Assembly: GCA_964035545.1 (NCBI GenBank)
Contig: OZ037773.1
Location: 6,353,751 to 6,417,750, forward strand
DNA: 64,000 bases
Direction: 5' to 3'
Source: Bugula neritina
Taxonomy: Eukaryota > Animalia > Bryozoa
The translations under genes and the position numbers were made by a program. Positions within the stretch are counted from its first letter, which is position 1, and every line of letters begins with the position of its first letter. Positions 1 through 12,700 of the stretch are shown piece after piece. A model generated the notes under the pieces. That model did no database searches. It had not been told where the DNA came from and saw nothing but the letters and a program-made list of their open reading frames with translations.

Positions 1-462
1 GTCCCATGATTAAATACTATACTTAAGGTTGTAAGCAACGGTCTGTACTATGCACAATGGTACCGTAATAAAGCCTACACTGATCAGCTTGAATAATTCA
101 CACTGAAAATGAGCCTAAAGACTTGAAAAATAACCAACATCAGTTTATTTCTGCTCAGTATGACGAGGCACTGTCACTGTCAGTACTAACGGGGAATCAC
201 CGCCGGCATCACTTCACATAGCTAGCAGCAAATAAATAGTTTGAGTCATTTCATAGTTTAGAAAAGAGTAGAAGTCGAAGCGAGTCCCTGAACTGAAGCA
301 ATATTCCTAGTAGTGTCCATGTAATACCACACAGAGCTGCAGCACCAGCGTAGACGAAGGAATAGTAAGAGTGCAAAGAGTTATCTCCCCGCCATATGAC
401 TGTCCACGCACTCCCTGTTATTGCAGTGGCTATGCGCTCCTAGCTCCTCCCTTAGCTGTTTG

Positions 463-3400
463 CTAGTTGTCTCCTCCTTGCTTGATTTGAAGAAGATTAT
501 CGCAGATAGTGGTCAGCTCTCGGACTTCGCCTTCCTGGAACATCACGCAAACAGGTTACTCAACCTCGGCACTACTAACATACACGGCTGACCTCAGCAC
601 CACTAACATACACGGCTGACGCAAACAGAAATAACTAGACAATATATGAGAGCAAAGAAATATCATTCTATATTACCCTTATATAATTTTATATTATCTT
701 GATACCACTCTATACTACCTTCATATCTTTTTATATTACCTTGATATCATTCTATATTACCTCTATATAACTCTATACTACCTTGAAATTATTATATATT
801 ACTTTGATATCACTCTATATTACCTCTATATAACTCTATACTACCTTGAAATTATTATATATTACTTTGATATCACTCTAAATTACCTTGATATCATTCT
901 ATATCACCACACTCCACATAACTAGCTCACAGATAACTCCCAGTATGACTACGCCACGCACCACACACACAGATAACTCCCAGTATGACTACGCCACGCA
1001 CCACACACACAGATAACTCCCAGTATGACTACGCCACGCACCACACACACAGATAACTCCCAGTATGACCACGCCACGCACCACACACACAGATAACTCC
1101 CAGTATGACCACGCCACGCACACAGATAACTCCCAGTATGACTACGCCACGCACCACGCACACAGATAACTCCCAGTATGACTACGCCACGCACCACACA
1201 CACAGATAACTCCCAGTATGACCACGCACCACACACACAGATAACTCCCAGTATAACTACGCACCTTTTGAGAGAGTTGATTCTGCTGACTAGAAATCGT
1301 CAGCTCCTGTTTCCTGTTTGCCATTTGCAGCTTCGTCACCTGATTTTGGTGCTCGGCTTTGAGTCTCTGAGTATCTTCATAGCTTCTGGTGAGTTTAGAC
1401 TGGAACTCTGCTTTACACTCCTACAAAACATCACGCAACTGAGTTGGTATCAAACAGGGCGGCTATGAAACTGAGCTATACCAACCAGGGTTGGGGCCAA
1501 TTATGAAACTGAGCTATACCTACAAACTCAGTCTAGATGTAGTAAACCATTTGCCTGCTGGGTACGGACAGCAAACACAAATTTGGCTGGAATTAAAACA
1601 GAGTGTATCTCTAGAGGAAACATACCTAAATACTATTAAAATATACCAAGCAGGAGTTGATTATGGAGAGTAGAGTTGGTTACAGAACATCGTGACCGGG
1701 TAAACCAAGCTACAGGCCCCAGCAGGCTTGTCTCACCAGTTTAGTACTTTGCATCTCTACCATTCATTCCGATTTGAGTTAAATTTCAGTAAAAAGCAAG
1801 TCATAGCAAAGAAACCACACAAGCGAACCAGTAATAAAACAGTAAAGTTAGCTGAGCTGACAAACAATTCAAAGGTCTCTTCACAGTCACACACCCCTCA
1901 GGGTTACACAGCTCAACCCCAGACCCCACCTGAAACTTAGCCGAGTGCTCCGAGATCTTAGCCTGCAGTTCCTGGTTGTGCTGAGTCAGACTCCCCTCTC
2001 GCTGCCGGACAGCAACCATCAGCTGCCTCATCTGGTCGTAGCGCTTGTGGAGCTCGGTGAATGAGGTCTCCACCTGGTGCAACCCCTCAGCGTAGGTGTC
2101 TCTCTCGTCCGTCAGTCGAGCAACCGACTCATCTAATGCTTTCTTTTCTCCCTCCTGCACAAAAGTTACCAGAAACTTACAACAAATATTATGAGTTGTC
2201 CTACTTGATATATAGCAGCGTGTCAACACCTTTCCGTGGCCCTTAACAGAAACAGTACACGTCTTACATTGGAGATACATTCCACAACCAGGTGTTACTG
2301 CATGCTAAATGTACAGCTTAGTCCAAAACTCCAACAAGCTCATAAAATACATGCACCATAAAGATATCCGGTAGTTGCTAGACAACATATTATACGCTCA
2401 CAAAAACTTCCAAAACTGAGAGAAACATTAGCTTTGCAACAAACAAATAACACAATTTTTGTGTCAGTCTGTAAGAAAACCATCTCAAGTCTGAGAGGAT
2501 TGGACCACCAGCTGTGTCGTGTATTAGCAGAATATTCTAGCATGATGGTGACTCACACTTGTCACTGACAGACTGTTCAGCATCTGATCCAGTTCTGCGA
2601 CGCATGTCTGGGCAGATGCCAACTGCTCCTCCAGGGCTTTGATCTACCAGAATGTGGAGAGGAGACAATTACCAAACCAGTATATTATATATATATATAT
2701 ATATAGACCGTACATATATATTATACTACTGCTACTACCACTACTGCTACTACCACTACTGCTACTACCACTACTGCTATTACTACTACTACTAGACTAC
2801 CACTACCACTAGACTATTACTACTACTACTACTACTACTACTACCACTACTACTACTGCTACTACCACTACCACTAGACTACTACTACTTCTACTACTGC
2901 TACTACCACTACTGCTACTACCACTACCACTAGACTATTACTACTGCTACTAGTACTACTACTACTGCTACTACCACTAGACTATTACTACTGCTACTAC
3001 CACTAGACTATTACTACTACTACTACTACCACTACTGCTGCTACTACCACTACCACTAGACTACTGCTACTACCACTACTGCTACTACCACTACTGCTAC
3101 TACCACTACTGCTACTACCACTACTGCTACTACCACTACTGCTACTACCACTAGACTATTACTACTGCTACTAGTACTACTACTACTACTACCACTGGAC
3201 TATTACTACTACTACTACTTCTACCACCACTAGACTATTACTACTGCTACCACTAGACTATTACTACTGCTACTACTACTACTTCTTCTACTACTGCTAC
3301 TACCACTAGACTATTACTACTGCTACTACTACTACTTCTTCTACTACTGCTACTACCACTAGACTATTACTACTGCTACTACTTCTTCTACTACTGCTAC

Positions 3401-3515
3401 TACCAGTAGACTATTACTACTGCTACTACTACTACTTCTTCTACTACTGCTACTACCACTAGACTATTACTACTGCTACTACTACTACTTCTTCTACTAC
3501 TGCTACTACCACTAG

Positions 3516-3547
<32 letters not shown>

Positions 3548-3677
3548 TACTGCTACTACCACTACACTACTACTAATACTACTACTGCTACTACTACTAC
3601 TACTTCTACTACCGCTACTACTGCTACTACCACTACCACTAGACTATTACTACTGCTACTAGTAATACTACTAGTAA

Positions 3678-3721
<44 letters not shown>

Positions 3722-6700
3722 GTACTACTACCACTGCTACTAGAAGCACATACCTTCCTATCTTTTTCCAGCAGCCGGTCCTCATAGCCCAGTTTCATCT
3801 GGTCCATTGCATTCTGACTGTACTTGGTCGGCTACAAAGGAAATGGTCCAGCCTGTTTGAGTCAGCTCAAAACAATACAGTTTACGGCCCATTGAGAAGG
3901 ATGGATTCAGATTTCAGTGAGATAGCTTAGATCTCGCTGTCAGACTGATTACTCAACATGAACCTCTTCAATACACACAAAGACATGCGGTGATTGGGAC
4001 TTTCCCACTACTTCACTACAGCACACACAGGGCATGTACGCATCACACCCCACAGTCACTACAACAGCTGCCACAGTCACTACAACGGCTGCCACAGTCA
4101 CTACAACAGCTGCCACAGTCACTACAACGGCTAACACAGTCACCACAATAACACCAAAACAAGGATATACACACACATAGGCCACTAGGTGCATGTAACA
4201 CAATGAGTAGACACAACTGTTATATCTGAAGACAGAGCAGAGTGACTATACACACTATCAGGCAATAAAAATAAAAACTTTACTACAATTTAAGCAGCAC
4301 TAAAGTTTGATGGGAGAAGAATCCCCACCTTTCAAAAAGGCTATCACAGTGTACAAGCAACAGCCAACAACACACATGCCTTACACAGGTGAGTGAAACT
4401 AATGTAATACCAACACCTACAGTACAACAGGTACAACAGTAAACCACTTACAACTACCTGAGATGAGAGTTAGAGCTAGTGTGGCTCATCAGTTAGATCA
4501 GCAATTAGTCAGCGCTGCCTCGCATGATTCACACAACTAATAACAATTACATCAGCGACAGCAGCAGCAGCATTAGCATCAGAGACAGCATTGCGCTACT
4601 ACAAGTGTAGTGTAGGCTCTATCTCACAGTATTGATTTTCATTTATATAATCAGATGCAGCGGTATAGTGTCCCACTGGCATACATTAATGACTTTATGT
4701 AAATAGTAATGTTAGTGAATAAAAAACTTCACCTCAGCGTTATTCTAAAGAGAAGCTGCTGCATAGAATAATGAGGAGACGGAAATACTTAAACCTGTGT
4801 AACTCATATCTTGAGGGAATTTCAAAGACACAAGATTAGGTTACATGATTAAGCAGCTACGGGTTTACATCATATAATGCTGCCAGAGAGAAAAAATAGT
4901 TCAGAATGGTGAATATATAGCAAGAATAAATCAAGTCAATGTTCTAACCAAAACATCAAACAAATGCTACAATAGATAAAATCAATCTCCAACCATGTTT
5001 GACCATTACATCACATTGGTAACAGCAAAAGAATCTCAGCATATCATTCAAAGTGCAGCCAGTAGCAGTTAGCTCTAAACAGACTATCAAAATGACGTAC
5101 TGGATGTGAGTCATATCGAGACCATATTCAAGTTTTTCACTGATGACTTTCACCTTTAACCTCTGACACAACTTATTCCAGTAAATATTTGACTGAACAG
5201 CCATTCTCAACAATTTGAGAGAAAGTTAGGTGGAAGACAACTCCTAATACACTTCAATACAAACAGCAAACACCTGCCATTGCCGTGATAACCAGAGTAA
5301 TATATATTCTGAGTCAGTAGAATTCTGGCAATATTTAAATGGTAACTCAACCTTCAATACTGAAAGAGCATGTTTAGAAGTCATTTCCCACTACCTCCAT
5401 GCACAGGTAACACAAGTAACCACATACATAGTTCTGTTAGATCTCCCACCAGAGACAGCAGGTTATTGGCTGTACTATACTACTGAATGAGATACGATAC
5501 AGGGACAGGAAATGGTATCAGCCTACCGAGTGCGGAGTGGTGGGTGCCACTGTGATGTCGAGCAGCTGGTCCACAGGAAGTTGTCTGCCCGCTGCCATAG
5601 GACTGTCTCCTTGACCCATCAGACACAATGACTCATCACTACAAGACAGCACAATCAGTGTCAGTTAAAAGTGAAAAACAGTTGAAATGGAGCAGCTGTT
5701 ACAGACATTAGTTAACTTACAGTACCAACAGTTAGATATAACTAGGTGCTATGTTGGTACGCTTCATTCCATGGCTCTCTTAGCAATAGACTAATTTTGA
5801 GAATCTAACCAAGTATTACTTTGCCTGTATTAAAGACAGAGCAATATATTTCACACACTACTGACCTATATTTCACACACCACTGACCTATATTATACAC
5901 ACCGCTGACCTATATTTCACACACCGCTGACCTATATTGCACACACTGCTGACCTATATTATATACACCATTGACTTATATTATATACACCGCTGACCTA
6001 GTTATGAGGAGCAAACTTACAGTGGTTTAGAGACGGGCTGTTGAGCTGGAGAGGAAACGTCTGCGCCGACGAGAGGGTCAAACTTCCTGTACAGTGACTG
6101 TCTCATTAATGCCTGATCTCTGAACTGTAAAACAACCACCAGAGTACACTGCAGGATCAGAGGGGAGGGGGAGGGGTCAGAGTTCACACAGCAGAATATA
6201 TATAAGATATATGCTTCTCTATTCTGCTGCATGAAATAGCTTTTACAATTTTGATCCCTAACGTATGACTTTCAAAATATCTACTAACCGAGGGCTGAGC
6301 AGAGATGGCTCTATCCAACACTCCCAGGTCAGCAGTTGTGTTGAACACTACAACAGGCACACATCTGCTATTATCACCAAAACCTCTACCCCATCAGGTG
6401 TATTTCCAGCAACATAACAAAACTCAACAATGATGATAATGTGCCACAGTATCCTGTGACAGTTTATATATACACATTATCTACATCAGTGCTCACATAG
6501 AGTACATCAGTGCTTACTGTTACTCCAAACACTTACATTCAGGCACTCCAAACACTTACATTCAGAACTTCAAACACTTACATTCAGGCACGGCCGGCAC
6601 GAATTCTTGCGGCAGCTCGTCGACTGCATCTTCAAAGTCATCGTGAGACGGAGATGTGGTGGTAGGAGCCGACAACTCCTCTGTTACAGGAGATTCCTGT

Positions 6701-9700
6701 TGCCGTGGAGACGCTGTAAACAGAGATGAACAATAACATAGCCTGTGCTCTATAGATTTCCTTACTGACTGTATATATATGCGTATATATGCGTATATAT
6801 ATATATATATATATATGCGTATATATATATATATATATATATGTAAATGAATAGGAGATGCTGTGGGATCAAGCCAAAGAACTGCGTAACATATAATTCA
6901 ATCTAATGGCATTCAAGGAAAGCATAGATGACTATTGGGAATAGTAAAACAGAAAGGAACTAAAATCATACAAAGAACTAAGTTTCAGTTACGTGGAATA
7001 CATACTCAGCACACAGGGTGACGAGTGAAGATAACTCATGCAATGCAGAGGAACTGTGAGTGCTATCAATACACGGAGACTGTGACAGCTAACACATGCT
7101 GCAGATAACAGCTGACACATGCTGCAGATAACAGCTGACACATGCTGCAGATAACAGCTAATACATGCTGCAGATTACAGCTGACACATGCTGCAGATTA
7201 CAGCTAACACATGCTGCAGATTACAGCTGACACATGCTGCAAATAACAGCTGACACATGCTGCAGATAACAGCTGACACATGCTGCAGATAACAGTTGAC
7301 ACATGCTGCAGATTACAGTTGACACACGCTGCAGACTACAGCTGACACATGCTGCAGATAACAGCTAACACATGCTGCAGACTACAGCTGACACATGCCG
7401 CAGATTACAGCTGACACATGCTGCAGATTACACAGACAACACTGCTTACAGAGTAGTATTTAGAGAATGGAAACAGACAAGAGAGGAGAGGGAAAAAGGA
7501 ATAAGAGAGGAGAATTGGTAGTGTACAGAAAAAATTATACACCAAAACTCCATTAGACAGTTACCTTTTTCTTTCTTTGCCGCTATAACTAAAATATCAA
7601 ACATAAGTGGTAATTGTACAATATATGTACTAATGCAAGAGATGTTTGTATATCAGTCAGTGTGTTTATACACGCACATCATTTGCATTAGAGACAAGTC
7701 AAAACAAGATGGTGGTGGCATCAAGCCAATACCTTTGAGAGCATCAGGAGACGACAATTCCGCTGATGTCATAAACGGACTCGTTGAATGCAGGTTTTGG
7801 GGAGAGACACTGACAGGTGGTTGCTGAGTGGGACTGGCAGGTGCTTGCTGAGTGGAAGTGACAGGTGGTTGCTGAGTGGGACTAACAGGTGCTTGCTGAG
7901 TGGGACTGACAGGTGGGGAGTTGGCCATTAGAGTCTTCCTTGGTTTGAAGGGGTCCACATCCTCTTCCTTAAAGGCCTATCAGCAGAGAGCAGGTGTGAA
8001 AACCTTACCTCGAGTACCAAACAACCTCAAACATCTCAACCGAATGCCCAGACCTTACCTGATCTGATGGAGAGTCAGCGAACGCTGTCGGGGGAGTTGT
8101 CTTCACTGGAGAGAGGGAAACCTGCAGAGTTGAAGTATGATTTACTATTACTAGTTTCTTAATGACATCACAGACACAGGCCCATGGCCAACTTTCTAAC
8201 AGCTGCTACACTTCGCATTATCATAATATTACTAGACAAGCTTTTGGAGATAAAGTTAATAATCCATGTTAACTGAAAACAGTATCTCTCTACCAAGCAC
8301 TTAGTAATATATGTATATACAAGTTACACATTCATCATAATCCTATACACTTAACCAGACAAAATACAGCTGGTGACCAAAGAATTCCAAGCAGAACAAA
8401 CTGGGAGTCTTTCACCAACACAAGAAGGATGACATGGTGAATAGAAATATATTGTGCAGCTTTGTTCTGGGTCCCCTTTTACTCATATACTATGTTGGTG
8501 AGATCAGCCAATAAACTCAGCCTACCTTAGACTTAGTTCCAAAGGGGTCATCACAGGCTTCAAAGTTGTAGGCAGCGGGTGGGGGCAGGGGGTCATCTGA
8601 AACAGAAAAGAGTATAAACCAGGTGCCAGATCAAAAACTGCACTGGAGGGGGGAGGGGGGGGGGGTCAGTACCCGACGTAAAACACAAAATTAAATTTCA
8701 AAAAGACAATTCCTTTCGAGACAAGCACAATGGCTTACAGCTAGTTGAGTTTACACTATTTAGAGGAGGGGGACTGTCTAGATACCACACAGCATAGAAT
8801 ACAAGAAATCACAGTCTAGAGTCATCAAGGAAGAAGCTGTATGCTATAACAGTCAGTTAGCCTTCAGAAAGAAGCAGTAGATGTTATACATCTCACTATA
8901 AAAAGGATAACTTGCTACTCCACTGAGTCCCACTATTTCATAGGTTGAGTATTTAAGCTATGAAACAACATAGTAAAGGGTTTCAACAAGCAAACTAATA
9001 TAACAAACTAGTGCTCAGTATTTCAATGGAGGTGAACTAACTGTGGATCACGTGACTCACTTTATTATGTAAACATTATCACATCTTATACTTATACTGC
9101 ATTTCCCTTACTTCACATTATGCAATGAATTTGTGGTTAGCATGAACTTATGGTTCTGTGTTCATTCGCTGCAACTGTTTCCAATCATTGAATAAAAAAT
9201 CCATTCACATAAGCTTTGAAACTAGTGTAATACACCAGGGAGAGGTTGAGATACACTGAATGCATAGAGCATGGAGCTCTAATACGAACACACTATATAC
9301 AGTCAGTCAAGTAGGCGACAGAAGATGACTCACCCTGTGACTCAGTCGGCAGCACGTCAGCAACTACGGCGACATCAGAGTCCGGAGACGCTGACTTCTG
9401 AAAAATAATCATAGAAACAGTTGACTGCTGCCCTCCCAGCTACGAGGCTGAGTGTGTAAGATACACACAGAGCACACAATACACTGTATTGTACGCGTGT
9501 GTTGATAAAACAACTCTATTAACTGATTAGCATACTCTGCGTATTGTTTCAAATGTTATTTACATTGTGTTTATTCACACAGGCACAGTGGGATAGAAGC
9601 CTTTACTATATTATCTATACAGTACGTTATCAACAGTGGCAAGTGTGCCGTTACTAGGGTAGATAACTTCTGATAAGCAAATTCTCGCTATAAAGAACGA

Positions 9701-12700
9701 AGCCTGAAGCTATTATGTATACATTAGAGGTGAGGTTGTAATAAAGGTATACTAAGCAGATATTAGTGAATAGACTAAGTACCCTACACTGAAATCTGAT
9801 AGATAAGGGAGTGGCCCACCATCTCCCTTATTAGTGAATAGACTAAGTACCCTACACTAGATTCTGAAAGCCACCATCTCCCTTCACATGCAGCTTCACA
9901 TGCACTTTATGGGGAAATACTGGCTCTCACAAATATGAAAGAGATTGTTTTTTAAAAATGAACACAACTTTTTCACTAATTTGTTTGAAACGGGGTCTTT
10001 TTACAATTTATTATTATATTATATTCCTATATTTCCTCGCCTGCTTACCAGTTTTGCAGCCTGCTTTTTCTTGAACTCGGCCAGTTTTGATGAGCCTCCT
10101 TTAGCGGGCACTTTCTTCTTCCTGACAACACAGCAAAACATGAGCAGACAACTCTTCAAATAATACGTGGCTGCTACAGGGAGAATGATAACTCCTAATT
10201 ACAACAAGTGAATTAATGTAAAAGATAAAAGAGGAAATTTTGTGGCTCAAGGGAGGCGAGGTTTGTTGAAGCAAAGAGGCAGCATTGCTGTGTTCTCGGC
10301 ACATTGAGGTGATAAGAGCCGCTGTCGAAGGCACGTGGCTGACAAGGCAGCACCTATCCACATTCCGGAGTCCAATAACGGATGTAGTTATGGTCATCCA
10401 ACACCAAAACCCGGATAGAAATGATTTGAACAGAAATTGTAACACAAGCCCATATTTAATGCAGCTTTGAGGGGAGATAAATTAGTTATGTTGTCATTTT
10501 GATGCATTTAGTATAAACTCTAGCCAAGCGGCAGCAACAGCATGTGACGGGAAACAGCCGTTGGCAGCAGTTGGTGCTGTACTTATGGATGGAAGGGTAC
10601 TGGTATGTGACTGGCTTAACCTGAGGCTACAGTAAATTATAATGTGGCAACAGAGCTAACAAAAGGGAAATAAAATTAACGGCTGAAAACTGAAAAAACG
10701 CTGAAAACTGAAAAAACGTTTGTTGATTAGCCCCATGCAATGCTTACATAAACAGAGATTTCAAGTGCCTGCAGAGCAAACACAAGACAGTGTGAAAGAA
10801 TAAAGAAGAATGCATAAAGAATAAAAATATACAACAAATAGAAATCCAGGAGCACAAAGTAAATATCAAACAATGATGAAAATTCATGTAACATAATTAT
10901 TATACCTGTCACTTTATTATTCTAAAGAGGTGTACAAGACACAAACAGGAGAGCTGGTTGCTACACATGACATAGGAGGAGAGGATATCTAGACTTACTT
11001 GAGTGGAGATTTCTTCTTGACTTTCTGCTCTTCGCTAGGCTGTGAGGAGTTAGCTGTATCATCTGCGTCTGCAGACGTCGGTGTAGCCTCAGGTTCTATG
11101 GCACTAGAGGATGCTGCTGCGGGGACGGGCGCCTCTTCACCCGCAAAGTCAAACTTGGGTGGTGCAGCATTAGCTCTGATTGGAGGAGAGTTGGCCAAGC
11201 CTCCTTTTGAACCTGCATTACAGACCAACAAATGAAGACTATCTATTGGCTGTGACTGAAAGGAACTCTAGAAGTAACAGCTACATGAGTCGAGTGAGAT
11301 AAGCTCTTCAGTTCTTTCAGACAGGAACTGACTTTATCTGAAACTGTTTTCCTGTTTCTCAACACGAAAAGCAGTCAGGAAACACAGAAATAGTGAAAAA
11401 AAAACTGGAGCTACAAACTCGTAGAGAGCTTAGCCTGCATTGTGTGCATACGCAAGGGTAGGGGTGGACAGGTTATGCCCGTCACATTGAGTAGAGTCTG
11501 CTCACCTTTTGGCTTGGACATGGCAAACGGGTCTGCAAACTCGTCAATCTCATCCCAGTTGATCGTGTATGTCCCTCTGGGGATAGGGATCTCCTCTTCT
11601 TCTGCCATTGTTGGTACTTGAGCGGCTATTGGCTGTTCTTCTAGTGGTACCTGAGTTGCTATTGGCTGTTCTTCGAGTGGTACTTGAGCTGCTATTGGCT
11701 GTTCTTCAAGTGGTACTTGAGCTGCTATTGGCTGTTCTTCTAACGGTACCTGAGCTGCTATTGGCTGTTCTTCCAATGGTACCTGATTTGCTATTGGTTG
11801 CTCTGGTGGTACCTGAGTTGCTATTGGCTGTTCTTCGAGTGGTACCTGAGCTGCTATTGGCTGTTTTTCTGTTGGTACCTGATCTGTTATTGGTTGCTTT
11901 TCTGACTGCTCTTCAGATGACAGCTGACTTTCTATTGGCTGGTCTGGTATCTGAGCTTTGATTGGCTGCTCCTGCAGAGGCTTTTGATCAACTGTTGATG
12001 GTTCTTCCGATGAAATATCAGAATCTATTGGTTGTAAGTGAGCTTCAACTGTTACACTGCTTGCTATTGGCTGGTTTTCAGGTAGTACCTGAGCTTCTAT
12101 TGGTTGCTCTGTGGGTTCCGGACCTTCTGCTGACAGTCCTTCAGATATCTGCGCAGTTACTGACTGCGTTGAGGGCAGTGCAGGTGGAGTTTCTATGGAG
12201 AGTCTTTTTAGCTGATTCTCTAAGAGTAAGAAATCTGGAGACGCCACCAGATTTACGGAGGTTTGCACAGGCCCCTCCTCCACACCACTAGGCAAACAAC
12301 TATCTTCAACTAGATTAGTATTGTCTGCTTCCACAAGACCTGTGGTGCGGGAAGAAGTTTTATCAAGCTCGAAAGTTTCGTTAAGCGTCTTTGATGTGTT
12401 AACGGGCACAGCAGTAGTTTCCAAGCAAGTGACGTCACTGATGATCGTCTTGCTAGCGTCTTGCGCAAAGGTACTACTTTCCAAGTCAAAGGTGCTGTTC
12501 AGCTTAGAAGCAGCTGACAGTTCGCTAGCCCCGGTTTCCTGCAAGACGACGGTGCGGTCTGGGGAGTCCCGGTGGCAATCAAAAGTCGTGTTGAGAGTTC
12601 TGGTCTGGTTCACAGGCGCCGTCGAGTCTTCCAAGTTGAACGTTTCGTTTAACGTTTTAGTGTTTTTACTTAAATCAAAAGTGGTATTCAGTGGGGCCGG

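Noticed and set aside
949-1236. 95-aa Cys/Trp-rich ORF
   Set aside because: Translation of the intronic 40-bp minisatellite.
928-1264. CRISPR-like appearance of this and other arrays (31197, 36497, 41692)
   Set aside because: No unique spacers, no cas genes, eukaryotic context.
6699-6712. X-box-like GTTGCCGTGGAGAC
   Set aside because: Inside a coding exon far from any apparent start; shows that such matches can arise by chance.
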